Of a stretch of 64,000 nt of DNA, positions 48,091 to 58,397 are shown in pieces (the first letter of the stretch is position 1; the number at the start of each line of letters is the position of its first letter). A model generated the notes under the pieces. It saw nothing but the letters and a program-made list of their open reading frames with translations. It did not search any database and was not told the DNA's origin. Source of the stretch: an uncultured Verrucomicrobiae bacterium (GTDB lineage Bacteria > Verrucomicrobiota > Verrucomicrobiia > Chthoniobacterales > JAATET01); contig CAVRCI010000001.1 of the NCBI GenBank assembly GCA_963719495.1, positions 224,001 through 288,000 of the forward strand, given 5' to 3'. Position numbers and translations under genes: made by a program.

Positions 48091-49152
48091 TCAATCCCCA
48101 AAGGTAATCCCAACGGCCCGCGCCGCCGCCACCATTTGACCGTCCACCGGCACCCGCCGGAGCCGGTGCACCGCGTGCGAGATCGGCACGCTCTCGACCT
48201 CGTGATTCTGGTAGCTGACCATCGTCCCGAAGCTCTCGGCGGCGATCAGTTGCACCGCCTTCACCCCGAAGCGCGTCCCCAGGATCCGGTCCATTGGCGT
48301 CGGCGCGCCGCCCCGCTGCAGGTGCCCGAGCACGCACGCCCGCGACTCCTTCCCGGTGCGTTTCCCCACCTCGTGCGCGACGTATTCCCCGATCCCGCCC
48401 AGCCGGGACTCACCGTCGACCGTCGTCTGCCGGTGCTGTCGCCCCTCGCGCCCACCCGCTCCTTCGGCCACCACGATCATCGTGCTCCGCCTCCCCGCCG
48501 CGTCCCGGCGCATTACCTCGGCGACCACGGCGTCGAGATCGAAGGCGATCTCCGGGATGAGAATGATGTCCGCGCCTCCCGCCATGCCGCCGTGCAGCGC
48601 GATCCAACCGGTGTGCCTCCCCATCACCTCGACCACCATCAGGCGTTTGTGGCTCGTCGCCGTCGTGTGCAATCGATCCATCGCTTCCGTCACGCAGGTC
48701 AGCGCCGAATCGAAACCGAACGTGATCGCCGTCGCCTCGAGATCGTTGTCGATTGTCTTCGGCACGCCCACGACCGGAAAACCCGCCTCGAACAACCGCA
48801 GTCCCGTGGACAGCGAGCCATCCCCGCCGATCACGATCAGTCCCGACAGACCCCATTCATCGAAGGTCCGCCGCGCTTTCTCGATCACCTCGCCCGAGAC
48901 CCCACCCCGGGCGACGAAATGCCCGCGGTTTGTCGTCCCGAGGATCGTCCCCCCCAGATGCATGATCCCAGCCGTCGAGGCCCGGTCCAGCCCGACATGA
49001 TCGCCCGGAGGCAGCAGGCCCTCGAATCCATCCCGGATGCCCACGACCTCCCAGTCGAGGCCCTCGGCCGCCCGGACCACGCCGCGCAGCACGGCATTCA
49101 AGCCGGGGCAATCCCCGCCACTCGTCAGGACCCCGATCCGCTTTGCCGCCAT
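48091..49152 (-). CDS. pfkA: 6-phosphofructokinase (PfkA family, group III-like)
   Basis: TSGGDCPGLN, GGTILGT, GGDGS, PKTIDND, EVMGR, LGHLQRGG. Confidence 0.93.
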   Translation of the reverse strand: MAAKRIGVLTSGGDCPGLNAVLRGVVRAAEGLDWEVVGIRDGFEGLLPPGDHVGLDRASTAGIMHLGGTILGTTNRGHFVARGGVSGEVIEKARRTFDEWGLSGLIVIGGDGSLSTGLRLFEAGFPVVGVPKTIDNDLEATAITFGFDSALTCVTEAMDRLHTTATSHKRLMVVEVMGRHTGWIALHGGMAGGADIILIPEIAFDLDAVVAEVMRRDAAGRRSTMIVVAEGAGGREGRQHRQTTVDGESRLGGIGEYVAHEVGKRTGKESRACVLGHLQRGGAPTPMDRILGTRFGVKAVQLIAAESFGTMVSYQNHEVESVPISHAVHRLRRVPVDGQMVAAARAVGITFGD

Positions 49153-49170
49153 GAAAAAACTTCCCGCGCT

Positions 49171-50088
49171 CTAGAGAGTGTCCGATTTGGTAATCTGCCG
49201 CCCTCCGGCGACCCACGCATCGTGCAGCTGCCAGGCCTTCCGCATCATCATGGAGCCCTCCGCCGAACGATCCTGGACGCCGAGCAGCACCACGATCACG
49301 CGCCGCGGAATGACGGTCAGCTGATCGCCCTCCTGCCGCGATTCGGCAACCCGGTCGGCTGAGAGAATGATGCAATCCCCGGCCTTCGCCGTGCGCCCCG
49401 TTTTGACCCCATCGATTCCATCTTGGTCGAGCAGCGGATTGGTGTTCCGCAACGCCACCGGGAAGACCTGACCCTGCCGATCGATCCGGATATCCCGCGT
49501 CTTCTGCGAAACGTAAAACTGAAACGAAGGCTTCCGATAAGCGTAGCGCGTCAACCTCGCGAGGTCCTCGGCCGTGGAATGGGGGAGGCTCCCTTCCACG
49601 TTATCCAGTCCGCTCGGATTCCGGAAGCGCGTCCGGGTCATGAGCAGGCTCTCGGCGAGCCCGTTCATGTGAGCGACAAAGTTCTGCTCCGGATCCAGCC
49701 CCTTCGGATTGGGGAGCCGCCGTCCGACGTGATCCGCCAGGGTGTGCGCCGCAATGTTGTCCGACGACATCAGAGCTGCGTAGAGCAGATCGCGCAGCGA
49801 CACCAGATCCCCCGGCTGAAAGCCCGTTGGATTCACCCCGCCGACCTGCACAGCCCGCGCGGGCACCGACACCATCTCGCCGAGATCCGCCGACTTCAGC
49901 TTCGCCCAATCGAGGACGACCATCGCCGTCGCGACCTTGGTCAGACTCGCGATCTGCCGTTTGTCGTCGCGGTCCTCGGACGCCAGCACGTAGCCCGTGA
50001 GTTCATCGACGATGGCGTAGCTCTCCACCGCCCGGAGCCCCGAAGTCGCGCAGAGGAGGGTGGCAAGAAATAGAAATCCGTTTCGCAT
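49171..50088 (-). CDS. D-alanyl-D-alanine carboxypeptidase (S11)
   Basis: SLTK (SxxK), SDN (SxN), KTG. Confidence 0.92.
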   Translation of the reverse strand: MRNGFLFLATLLCATSGLRAVESYAIVDELTGYVLASEDRDDKRQIASLTKVATAMVVLDWAKLKSADLGEMVSVPARAVQVGGVNPTGFQPGDLVSLRDLLYAALMSSDNIAAHTLADHVGRRLPNPKGLDPEQNFVAHMNGLAESLLMTRTRFRNPSGLDNVEGSLPHSTAEDLARLTRYAYRKPSFQFYVSQKTRDIRIDRQGQVFPVALRNTNPLLDQDGIDGVKTGRTAKAGDCIILSADRVAESRQEGDQLTVIPRRVIVVLLGVQDRSAEGSMMMRKAWQLHDAWVAGGRQITKSDTL

Positions 50089-50185
50089 GATTGGTGCCGC
50101 GAAAAATAGGGCCGGGGTCCCAATTAGCAATCCCGAAACCAAACCCGCCGCCCGCCCACCCATCCAGATCCCGCGGTTCGGGCGA

Positions 50186-50926
50186 CTACTTCAACTCGTC
50201 CGCCGGAAAGGCCGCCCGATCCGCCAGCCGCAACACCCGTTCCTGCCTCCGCCGCACCCGCGCCGACGGGTTCCCCACCGACCATTCCTTCGGATTCGGC
50301 ATCACCGCGACCATCATCGCCATCTGGCCGCGCGTCAGCTCGTCCAGCCCTTTGCCGTAAAACGTCTCCGCCGCCGCGCCGACCCCGTAGACCCCATCGC
50401 CAAGCTCGATGACGTTGAGATACAACTCGAGAATCCGCCGCTTGGGCAACAGCGCCTCCATCAGCACGGTATAATAAGCCTCCAGCCCCTTGCGAATCCA
50501 CGACCGCCCCTGCCAGAGAAACACCGAGCGCGCGCACTGCATCGAGATCGTCGAGGCTCCCCGCGGCGCCCCGCCGCTCTTCTTCGCCTCCCGCAACGCC
50601 ATCCGGATCTCCTCGAAATCGATCCCGTCGTGCTCGAAAAAACGCTGATCCTCCGAAGCCCACACCAGCTTGATCTGCTCACGCGGGATCTCCGAGATTG
50701 GCAGCCATTCGTAGCGCAAGCCCCGCTCCTTCGCCGCCCCCTCCGCCCCGAGCCGAAACCTCACCATCTCCGGCGTCAGCGGCGGATCGACCACCCGCAC
50801 GCACCCCACCTCCAGCACCGGCACCACCACGACGAGCAGAATTCCAATCGCACCCCAGCGCAGGCAACGCCCAAGCCACGACCGCTGGCGCGCCGGTTTT
50901 TTCTTTCGCTTCAACCTCCCCATCAT
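50186..50926 (-). CDS. mtgA: Monofunctional biosynthetic peptidoglycan transglycosylase
   Basis: SEDQRFFEHDG.D, RGASTISMQ, RKGLE, KRRILELYLN. Confidence 0.93.
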   Translation of the reverse strand: MMGRLKRKKKPARQRSWLGRCLRWGAIGILLVVVVPVLEVGCVRVVDPPLTPEMVRFRLGAEGAAKERGLRYEWLPISEIPREQIKLVWASEDQRFFEHDGIDFEEIRMALREAKKSGGAPRGASTISMQCARSVFLWQGRSWIRKGLEAYYTVLMEALLPKRRILELYLNVIELGDGVYGVGAAAETFYGKGLDELTRGQMAMMVAVMPNPKEWSVGNPSARVRRRQERVLRLADRAAFPADELK

Positions 50927-51042
50927 CCAGCGACTCGCGGACGACGGATCAACCAAAAAATCGAACCAAAAAATCGCACAGGCCATCGGAAACTGAAAAT
51001 GCCTAGAAATAAACCGCCCGTGCTCTTAGGCTGGATCGATTG

Positions 51043-53427
51043 ATGGTCCCCTCCGAAGCACCACTCCCCGCTCCCCCAAGGCCCGCGCCACCGCCCCGTC
51101 CTCCGGACTTGTCGGCCTACGCGACCGCCTTCGAACACGCCCCGATCGGCATCGCCCTCGTCGGGCTCGACGGTGGCTGGATCCACGTGAATCGAGCGCT
51201 TTGCGAGCTCTTCGGCTACCGGAACGCGGAGCTCCGAGCCTTCGATTTTCAAAAGATCACCCATCCCGACGATCTCGACGCCGACCTCGCTCTCGTCCGC
51301 GAGACCGTAGCCGGCACCCGCTCCGGCTACGAGATGGAGAAACGCTACGTCCACCGCGACGGCCACATCATCTGGACCCAGCTCAGCGTGACGCTCCTCC
51401 GCGAAGCCGACGGTCAGCCGGTCCACTTCATTTCGCACATTCAAGACATCTCCGACCGCAAGACCTTCGAATCCCGCCTTCTCGCGAGCGAAAATAATTT
51501 CCGCCGCCTCGCCGACGAAGCCTCCGTGATGCTTTGGACCGCCGACGCCACCCAATCGTCCGGCCATTTCAACCAAGCCTACCTCGACTTCACCGGGTTC
51601 ACTCTGGCGGACACCAAAAACGGAGGCTGGAAGGATGCCCTCCACCCCGATGATCTCCCGGGCTACCTCCGCGTCCTCGACCAGGCCTACGCCGACCGCC
51701 AGCCCTTCCGCCACCGCCACCGCCTCCGCCACGCCGACGCCAGCTATCGGAACGTCGAAGACGTCGGCTCCCCCACCCACGCGTCGGACGGTTCCTTCGA
51801 AGGATTTGTCGGGGTCTACACCGACCTCACCGCGACCGTCGTCGCCCAGGAACGCGCCGACGAACTCGCCGAACGTCTCGGACTCGCCACCGAAGCCGCC
51901 AAAGTCGGGGTCTGGGATTGGGACATCACGAACGGCCTCGCCTTCTGGGACAGCCTCATGGGCGACATCTTCGGCATCGACCTGCCCGCCGACGGACTCG
52001 TCACTTTCGAAGTCTGGCGCGACTCCCTCCACCCGGACGACGTCGCCGAGGCGGTCGCCACTTTCGAGAGCGCCGTCCGCGGCGAGATGGAATTCAACAC
52101 CCGCTTTCGCATCAACCATCCCAAGAGCGGCGTCCGCCACATCCGCGCAAACGGCCACGTCGTGCACGACGGAAGCGGCAAGCCGACCCGCGTCGTCGGC
52201 GTCAACTGGGACGTCACCGAGCAATTCGAGCGCGAAAACGACATCCGCGCCGCCATGGAGGCCGCCGAGCGCGCCAACCTCGCCAAGAGCACCTTCCTGG
52301 CCACCATGAGCCACGAGATCCGCACCCCCCTCAACGGCATCATCGGTTTCACCCACCTCCTGCTCGACAGCCATCTGCCGGACGACCTCAAGCCCCTCGC
52401 CCACCCCATCCTCGCCGGCGGCGAGAGCCTCCTCACCATCATCAACGACATCCTCGACTACTCCAAGATCGAGGCCGGCCACGTCGACCTCGAGCGGCTC
52501 GAATTCTCCGTCGACACCCTGCTCCGCGAGATCGTCGAGCTCCTCGCCCCCAAGGCCTCCGAAAAAGACCTCACCATCGAGTTGCAGATCAGCTCCTCCC
52601 TCCCGAAGGACGTCATCGGCGACCCCCACCGACTCCGCCAGATCGTCGTCAACCTCCTCTCCAACGCCATCAAATTCACCGGCGGAGGCACCGTCACCGT
52701 CGACGCCCGCGCCCGTCCCCTCCAGGGCGGTCGATCCAGCGTCACCATCACCGTCGCCGACACCGGCATCGGCATTCCCGACGACAAACTCACCGCACTC
52801 TTCGAGCCATTCAACCAACTCGACGCCTCCACCAATCGCCGCTTCGGCGGCACCGGCCTCGGACTCGCCATCTCGAAACGGCTCGTCGAGGCGATGCGGG
52901 GCGACATCACGGTCAAAAGTGAGGTCGACGCCGGCACCAGCTTCCAAGTCTCGATCCCCTTCACCATCGCCTCCTCCGCGACCGAAGCCGCCGCCCGCGC
53001 CAAGTCGATTTCCCAACGCATCATCCCCATCCAACCGGTCTCGACCGGCGCCCGTCGCCTCCGACTCCTCGTCGCCGAAGACAACGAGATCAATCAGCGC
53101 CTCATCCGCCAGATCCTCGGGCGCATGGGATTCAATCAGCTCCGCGTCGTCGACAACGGCCGCGAAGCCGTCGACGCCGCCCTCGCCGAAGACTTCGACG
53201 GCATCCTCATGGATTGCCAGATGCCCGTCATGGACGGTTACGAAGCCACCGCCGAGCTCCGCGCCCGCGGCTGCAAGATCCCCATTGTCGCCCTTACCGC
53301 CGCCGCCCTCAGCGGAGACAAGGAGCGCGCCCTGGCTGTCGGCATGACCGACTACGTCTCCAAGCCCATCCGCCCCGACCTCCTCGCCGAAGCCGTCGAG
53401 CGCCTGGCCGAAGCCTCCGGCAAATAA
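51043..53427 (+). CDS. Cytoplasmic hybrid histidine kinase (3 PAS, HisKA, HATPase, receiver)
   Basis: Three HPDD PAS repeats, MSHEIRTP, NAIKFT, DTGIG, GGTGLGL, MDCQMP. Confidence 0.95.
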   Translation: MVPSEAPLPAPPRPAPPPRPPDLSAYATAFEHAPIGIALVGLDGGWIHVNRALCELFGYRNAELRAFDFQKITHPDDLDADLALVRETVAGTRSGYEMEKRYVHRDGHIIWTQLSVTLLREADGQPVHFISHIQDISDRKTFESRLLASENNFRRLADEASVMLWTADATQSSGHFNQAYLDFTGFTLADTKNGGWKDALHPDDLPGYLRVLDQAYADRQPFRHRHRLRHADASYRNVEDVGSPTHASDGSFEGFVGVYTDLTATVVAQERADELAERLGLATEAAKVGVWDWDITNGLAFWDSLMGDIFGIDLPADGLVTFEVWRDSLHPDDVAEAVATFESAVRGEMEFNTRFRINHPKSGVRHIRANGHVVHDGSGKPTRVVGVNWDVTEQFERENDIRAAMEAAERANLAKSTFLATMSHEIRTPLNGIIGFTHLLLDSHLPDDLKPLAHPILAGGESLLTIINDILDYSKIEAGHVDLERLEFSVDTLLREIVELLAPKASEKDLTIELQISSSLPKDVIGDPHRLRQIVVNLLSNAIKFTGGGTVTVDARARPLQGGRSSVTITVADTGIGIPDDKLTALFEPFNQLDASTNRRFGGTGLGLAISKRLVEAMRGDITVKSEVDAGTSFQVSIPFTIASSATEAAARAKSISQRIIPIQPVSTGARRLRLLVAEDNEINQRLIRQILGRMGFNQLRVVDNGREAVDAALAEDFDGILMDCQMPVMDGYEATAELRARGCKIPIVALTAAALSGDKERALAVGMTDYVSKPIRPDLLAEAVERLAEASGK

Positions 53428-53430
53428 CCC

Positions 53431-53542
53431 GGGGAACGCACGCGTCCCGCGTGCGAGCTGCGGCGTCCCGCCGCAGCGCACCCGGCAAGTCGAGCGAAGC
53501 GAGAGAGCCGAAGTAACCCGGAGCGGCGGCTTCCAGCCGCCC
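53431..53542 (+). repeat. REP-like family A element plus GGAG hairpin
   Basis: Homologous to 21206-21285 and 17576-17598; between convergent genes. Confidence 0.9.
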
Positions 53543-53577
53543 ACCAAATCAATTCGGCGAAGCCGAACACTCCCAAC

Positions 53578-54342
53578 TCACCAAAGCCGCTTCCGCTCCT
53601 CCGCCGAATCCCCTCCGTCCGACCGCCCACCCCGAGTCACCCGCACCTCCACCCGATACCGCACGCGCACCAGCAGATCACCCCGCCCGCCCCGCGCCTT
53701 CGGCAGCCCCTCGCCCGCCACGCGCAGCACCGCATTCCGCGCCACCCCCGCCGGGATCTCCACCCGCACCATCCCGCCCGCCGGCCCCGGCACCATCTCC
53801 GTCCCCCCGCCCTTCGCCCGCTCACCACTAATCCGCAGATCCATCCGCAGATCCGATCCCTTCGCCCGAAAGAGCCCCCCCGGCCGCACCTTCACCCGAA
53901 CCGCCACCACCCCACCAGCCATCGCCCCAGCGCGCGCGATTTTGAAACGCTCCCCCGGTGCCGTCCCTTCCGGCAGCTCCAGCTGATAACACTCCGGCCC
54001 ATCCGGATTCGCCGGATCGTCCACCCGCACCTCCAGCGACACCCCGCGAATCAGCTCCTCCGCCGACACGAACACATCCTGCTTCACGTCCCGCGCCGCC
54101 CGCCCCACCGGTGACCGCGGCACCGGCTCGTCGATCCCAAGCTCCTCGTCGTGAGCCCGTCGCCGGGCCGGATCCGTCAGCGTCTCGTAAGCCTCGTTCA
54201 ACTCCCGGGCCCGCTCCTCCGCCTCCACCGCATCCCGGCAAACGTCCGGATGCCAGCGCTTGATCAAAGCCCGAAACGCCCCCCGCACCTCCTTCACCGC
54301 GCACCCGCGCTCCACTCCGAGCACCTCGTAATAATCCTTCAT
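53578..54342 (-). CDS. DnaJ-class co-chaperone without Zn finger (CbpA-like)
   Basis: DYYEVLGV, HPD, EAYETL.D, C-terminal 'GEGLP...GRGDLLV'. Confidence 0.88.
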   Translation of the reverse strand: MKDYYEVLGVERGCAVKEVRGAFRALIKRWHPDVCRDAVEAEERARELNEAYETLTDPARRRAHDEELGIDEPVPRSPVGRAARDVKQDVFVSAEELIRGVSLEVRVDDPANPDGPECYQLELPEGTAPGERFKIARAGAMAGGVVAVRVKVRPGGLFRAKGSDLRMDLRISGERAKGGGTEMVPGPAGGMVRVEIPAGVARNAVLRVAGEGLPKARGGRGDLLVRVRYRVEVRVTRGGRSDGGDSAEERKRLW

Positions 54343-54832
54343 CTCTTAACCATCCTGCCCCCCGTCGGCCTACCGAGCGAACCGAAACCTCGATCGCGAA
54401 ACCCAAACGAAGCAGCGGTAAGCGCAACCCCGATCCCAGTCGTGATCGACGGGAAAAATTCTCGGGACGTGAAAGGGAGTGATGGGGCTCGGAGAGCTAG
54501 GAAAACGAGATTTTTATGGTGGGAAAGTGGCGCATCGGCGGGCCAGACGAAGACAAGCGCGCACCCCGACCAACGGGGAGCGATCCGCTCACCGCCCTCC
54601 CCGGTCACCGCCGCCAGTTGCCGCCGAAATGTCTGGTGCTCCGGACGCGATCCCCCGAATCGCAGCGGTCCGTCGGTGAGGCACTCCCCACCGACCCGGA
54701 ATTTCAACCAATGCGCTCCCCGAACCTCGAACGTGAAGTCGCCCTCATCGGACAAGCCGAATTCCGCCCGCGGCACCACGCGGCGATCCACCGGATCGAC
54801 GCCCGGCAAGCACACCGCTGACGTTTCGCGGC

Positions 54833-55636
54833 TCACGCCTCCATCGTCACCGGATTGGTGAGCTGGCCGATGCCATCGACCTCGATCGTCACCTCGTCGC
54901 CGTCGCGCAGCCACCGTGGCGGATTGGCCGCCATGCCGACGCCGTGCGGCGTGCCGGTCAGGATCACCGTTCCCGGGACAAGCGTCGTGCTGCCGCTGAG
55001 GAATTCGATGAGCGTCGGAACGTCGAAGATCATGTCGTCGGTGTTCCAGTCCTGAACGCGCTCGCCGTTGAGCATCGTGCGGATTCCGAGCGCGTTCGGA
55101 TTCGGGATTTCGTCCGGCGTCACGAAGCACGGACCGAGCGGCGCGAAGGTGTCGAAAGATTTCCCGCGCGACCACTGCCCGCCGCCGAACTCGATCTGCC
55201 AGTCGCGCGCGCTCACGTCGTTCGCGCAGGTGTAACCCGCGACGTGGTCGAGCGCGTCGTCCCGCGACACGTTCTTGCAGGCGCGGCCGATGACGACGGC
55301 CAGTTCGCATTCGTAATCGACCTTGTGGCTCGCGAGATGCGTCGGAATCTCAATCGCGTCTCCGGGATTCTGAAGCGCGTTGACGCCTTTGACGAAGAGC
55401 ACCGGCTGCTTCGGAGCGGGCAGATTGCTCTCGTCCGCGTGGTGCAAGTAGTTGAGGCCAATGCAGAGAATCTGCGCCGGGTGGACGGGCGCGAGGAGCT
55501 TAACCACGTCCGCGGTCTCGTCGGTCGGTCGAAGCCCGGAAAAAGGATCGCCCGCCGCGCGCACGGTGCGTCCGTCGGGTTGGATGATTCCGTGGGCAAC
55601 GACGCCCGCGGCGTTCTGATATCGAATAATTTTCAC
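54833..55636 (-). CDS. Fumarylacetoacetate hydrolase family protein
   Basis: CIGLNY..H, DYECEL, NDVSARD.Q, GKSFDTF.PLGP, TGTP.GVG. Confidence 0.93.
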   Translation of the reverse strand: MKIIRYQNAAGVVAHGIIQPDGRTVRAAGDPFSGLRPTDETADVVKLLAPVHPAQILCIGLNYLHHADESNLPAPKQPVLFVKGVNALQNPGDAIEIPTHLASHKVDYECELAVVIGRACKNVSRDDALDHVAGYTCANDVSARDWQIEFGGGQWSRGKSFDTFAPLGPCFVTPDEIPNPNALGIRTMLNGERVQDWNTDDMIFDVPTLIEFLSGSTTLVPGTVILTGTPHGVGMAANPPRWLRDGDEVTIEVDGIGQLTNPVTMEA

Positions 55637-55639
55637 AAG

Positions 55640-55800
55640 CTAATAAACCGCCCGCCCGCCGGCGAGGTCGAACGTAAAGCCGGTGTTGAAGCTGGCTTCC
55701 GGCGAGACGATCCACGTGGCGAGCGAGGCGATTCCGTCCAGGATCCCGCAGCGCTTAGGTGGGATCCTGTCGGTCCTGAGTTTGACCTGCCCGGCGGGCG
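55640..55800 (-). pseudogene. 3' remnant of a short-chain dehydrogenase/reductase
   Basis: 'RIPPKRCG.LD.IA.L..WIVSPEASFNTGFTFDLAGGRAVY*' is an SDR C-terminus; no recognisable Rossmann or YxxxK region upstream. Confidence 0.65.
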
Positions 55801-56069
55801 TCGCGGGTTCGACATTGGCAATGCGTCTCAGATCGAAGACGAACTGGAAACACACTTCAGAAATCGTGCGGAATCCCCGCCCCCCCAGAATCATGATCGA
55901 TCAGTTCGCCGCGTCGTTGATGTCGACCGCCAGACGGCTGTCGACCGCGCAGCTTTTCGGTGGACCCGAAAGGATCGCGCCGCCTTGCTCGGTAAAATCT
56001 CCGCTCGTCCGCACTCGTCCGCATCGATTCCGCATTCCTTACGCCCGCCATCCCGGCGTAAGCTGGGGA

Positions 56070-56744
56070 ATGCACGCCCCGTCCGCCTACCTCGATCTGT
56101 CCCACTCGGAGCACCGCGTCATCTTCGAAAAGGTCTCCGCTGTCTGGGACGCGCTGCCCGAGATTAGAACCTACCTCAAGTTCCGCCTCAAGCCCGCCAT
56201 CCTCGGCAAAATGGTCGGACGCCCCTTCGTCAGCGACAACGTCCACGTCGGCAAGGGCACCGTCATCGAGCACGGCGCCATGATCAAAGGCCCCGCCTGG
56301 ATCGGCGAAAACTGCGAGATCCGCAACGGCTGCTACATCCGCGAAAACGTCATCCTCGGCAACGGCGTCGTCGCCGGTAACTCGTGCGAATTCAAGAACT
56401 GCCTCGTCTTCGACGAAGCCCAGATCCCGCACTTCAACTACGTCGGCGATTCCATCCTCGGCCACAAAGCCCACCTCGGCGCCGGCGTCATTCTCTCCAA
56501 CGTCCGCCTCGACCACGCCAACATCACCGTCCCCGGCGATGAAGCCATCCTCGACACCGGCCTCCGCAAATTCGGCGCCATCCTCGGCGACCACGCCGAG
56601 ATCGGCTGCAACGCCGTCCTGAGCCCCGGATCCATCATCGGCCGCCGCGGCATCGTCTACCCCGGAGCCCACTGGCGCGGCATCCTCCCCGCCGACAGCA
56701 TCGCCCACGTCCGCACGAACCAAACCATCCGCCCCCGCCGCTAA
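56070..56744 (+). CDS. Hexapeptide-repeat (left-handed beta-helix) GlmU-like acyltransferase
   Basis: 'IKGPAWIGENCEIR', 'NSCEFKN', 'HFNYVGDSILG', 'KFGAILGD'. Confidence 0.88.
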   Translation: MHAPSAYLDLSHSEHRVIFEKVSAVWDALPEIRTYLKFRLKPAILGKMVGRPFVSDNVHVGKGTVIEHGAMIKGPAWIGENCEIRNGCYIRENVILGNGVVAGNSCEFKNCLVFDEAQIPHFNYVGDSILGHKAHLGAGVILSNVRLDHANITVPGDEAILDTGLRKFGAILGDHAEIGCNAVLSPGSIIGRRGIVYPGAHWRGILPADSIAHVRTNQTIRPRR

Positions 56745-56750
56745 ATCGCC

Positions 56751-56798
56751 CGCCAATGCAAAACTTCGATGCGGCCGCATCGAAGTTTTGCATTGGCG
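56751..56798. repeat. Perfect 48-bp palindrome
   Basis: cgccaatgcaaaacttcgatgcgg|ccgcatcgaagttttgcattggcg. Confidence 0.95.
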
Positions 56799-56858
56799 AT
56801 TCGGCGGAAGCGTCTCCAGGTGCCTTTCGGCGAATTTCTGCTAATCTAAACGTCCGAG

Positions 56859-58397
56859 ATGCCCGCCGAGAAAGTCGACCTCCAAGCCAAGCTCCACGAC
56901 GTCCCGCACAAGCCAGGGTGCTACGTCATGCGCGACCGCTTCAAGCACGTCATCTACGTCGGCAAGGCCCGCGACCTCCGCAAACGCGTCAGCAATTACT
57001 TCATGCCGTCGCGCAAAATGACGGCCGACCTCAAGACCCGCGCGCTCATCGACAGCATCTGGGATTTCGAGTGGCACGTCGTCCGCAGCGAAGCCGAAGC
57101 CGTCCTTTACGAAGGCAAACTCATCAAAGAGTTTCGACCCAAATACAACATCTCCTTCAAGGACGACAAACGCTTCCTCCTCGTCCGCGTCAACGTCGAC
57201 GACCCCTACCCCCGCTTCGGCCTCACCCGCCTCAAAAAAGACGACGGCGCCCGCTACTACGGCCCCTTCGCCAACTCCGGCGCCCTCCGCACCACCCTCA
57301 ACGCCATCCGCAAACGCTTCGGCCTCCGCACCTGCCGCCCCCACGTCCCCACCGAGCGCGACTACAAACATTGCCTCAACGACATCATCAAAAACTGCAC
57401 CGCCCCGTGCATCGGCAAGATCGCCCAGGAAGAATACCGAGCCCGCGTCCTGCAGGCCTGCGAACTCCTCGAAGGAGAATCCAAGCAAATGATCGAGCAG
57501 GTCGAATCCGAAATGCAGGCCGCCGCCACCAAGCTCGACTTCGAAAAAGCCGCCCAACTCCGCAACCTCCTGGACGACCTGCGCACCACGACGAAGCCGA
57601 TGACCCGCTTCACGCGCAAAACCCTCCCCTCCGCCATCGACCCCGGAGCCGACCTCCTCGCCCTCAAAGACGCCCTCGCCCTCGAGTCCGAGCCCCGCAT
57701 CATGGAGTGCTTCGACATCTCCAACATCAGCAACACCCACATCGTCGCCTCGATGGTCCGCTTCAAAAACGGCGTCCCCGACCGCGCCGGCTACCGCCGC
57801 TTCCGCATCTCGATCAAACAACAGAACGATTTCGCCTCCATGGCCGAAGTCGTCCGCCGCCGCTACACGAGAATCCTCAAAGAAGCCGCCGAAAAGGACC
57901 CCGACGCCGACACCAACCAACTCCCCCCCGACGAAGCCGTCGACAGAGCATCCACTGCCACCGGCTTGCCGGATCTCATCATCGTCGACGGCGGCAAAGG
58001 CCAACTCTCCAGCGCCTGCAAGGAGCTCCAGCGCCTCGGTCTCCACAATCAGACCATCATCGGCCTGGCGAAAGAATTCGAAGAAATCTACCGCCCCGGC
58101 CGCGCCCTTCCCACCCGCCTCCCCGAAACCAGCGGAGCCCTCCGCCTCCTCCAGCGCATCCGCGACGAAGCCCACCGCTTCGCCAACGGCTACCACAGTC
58201 TCCTCCTCAAAAAGAGAATCAGCGAAAGCGTCCTCGACGACATCGAAGGCGTCAGCGAAAGCCGAAAAAAAGCCCTCCTCACCGAGTTCGGCAGCCTCGA
58301 CCGCCTCAGAAAAGCCACCCCCGAAAAGATCGCCGAGGTCAAAGGCATCAGCCCCCGCCTGGCCACCGAAATTGCCACCAGAATCAAAACCCGCTAG
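56859..58397 (+). CDS. uvrC: Excinuclease ABC subunit C
   Basis: GIY-YIG (PGCY..YVGKA), 4-Cys region, UVR, ECFDISN, VDGGKGQL, RDEAHRFA, HhH. Confidence 0.95.
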   Translation: MPAEKVDLQAKLHDVPHKPGCYVMRDRFKHVIYVGKARDLRKRVSNYFMPSRKMTADLKTRALIDSIWDFEWHVVRSEAEAVLYEGKLIKEFRPKYNISFKDDKRFLLVRVNVDDPYPRFGLTRLKKDDGARYYGPFANSGALRTTLNAIRKRFGLRTCRPHVPTERDYKHCLNDIIKNCTAPCIGKIAQEEYRARVLQACELLEGESKQMIEQVESEMQAAATKLDFEKAAQLRNLLDDLRTTTKPMTRFTRKTLPSAIDPGADLLALKDALALESEPRIMECFDISNISNTHIVASMVRFKNGVPDRAGYRRFRISIKQQNDFASMAEVVRRRYTRILKEAAEKDPDADTNQLPPDEAVDRASTATGLPDLIIVDGGKGQLSSACKELQRLGLHNQTIIGLAKEFEEIYRPGRALPTRLPETSGALRLLQRIRDEAHRFANGYHSLLLKKRISESVLDDIEGVSESRKKALLTEFGSLDRLRKATPEKIAEVKGISPRLATEIATRIKTR

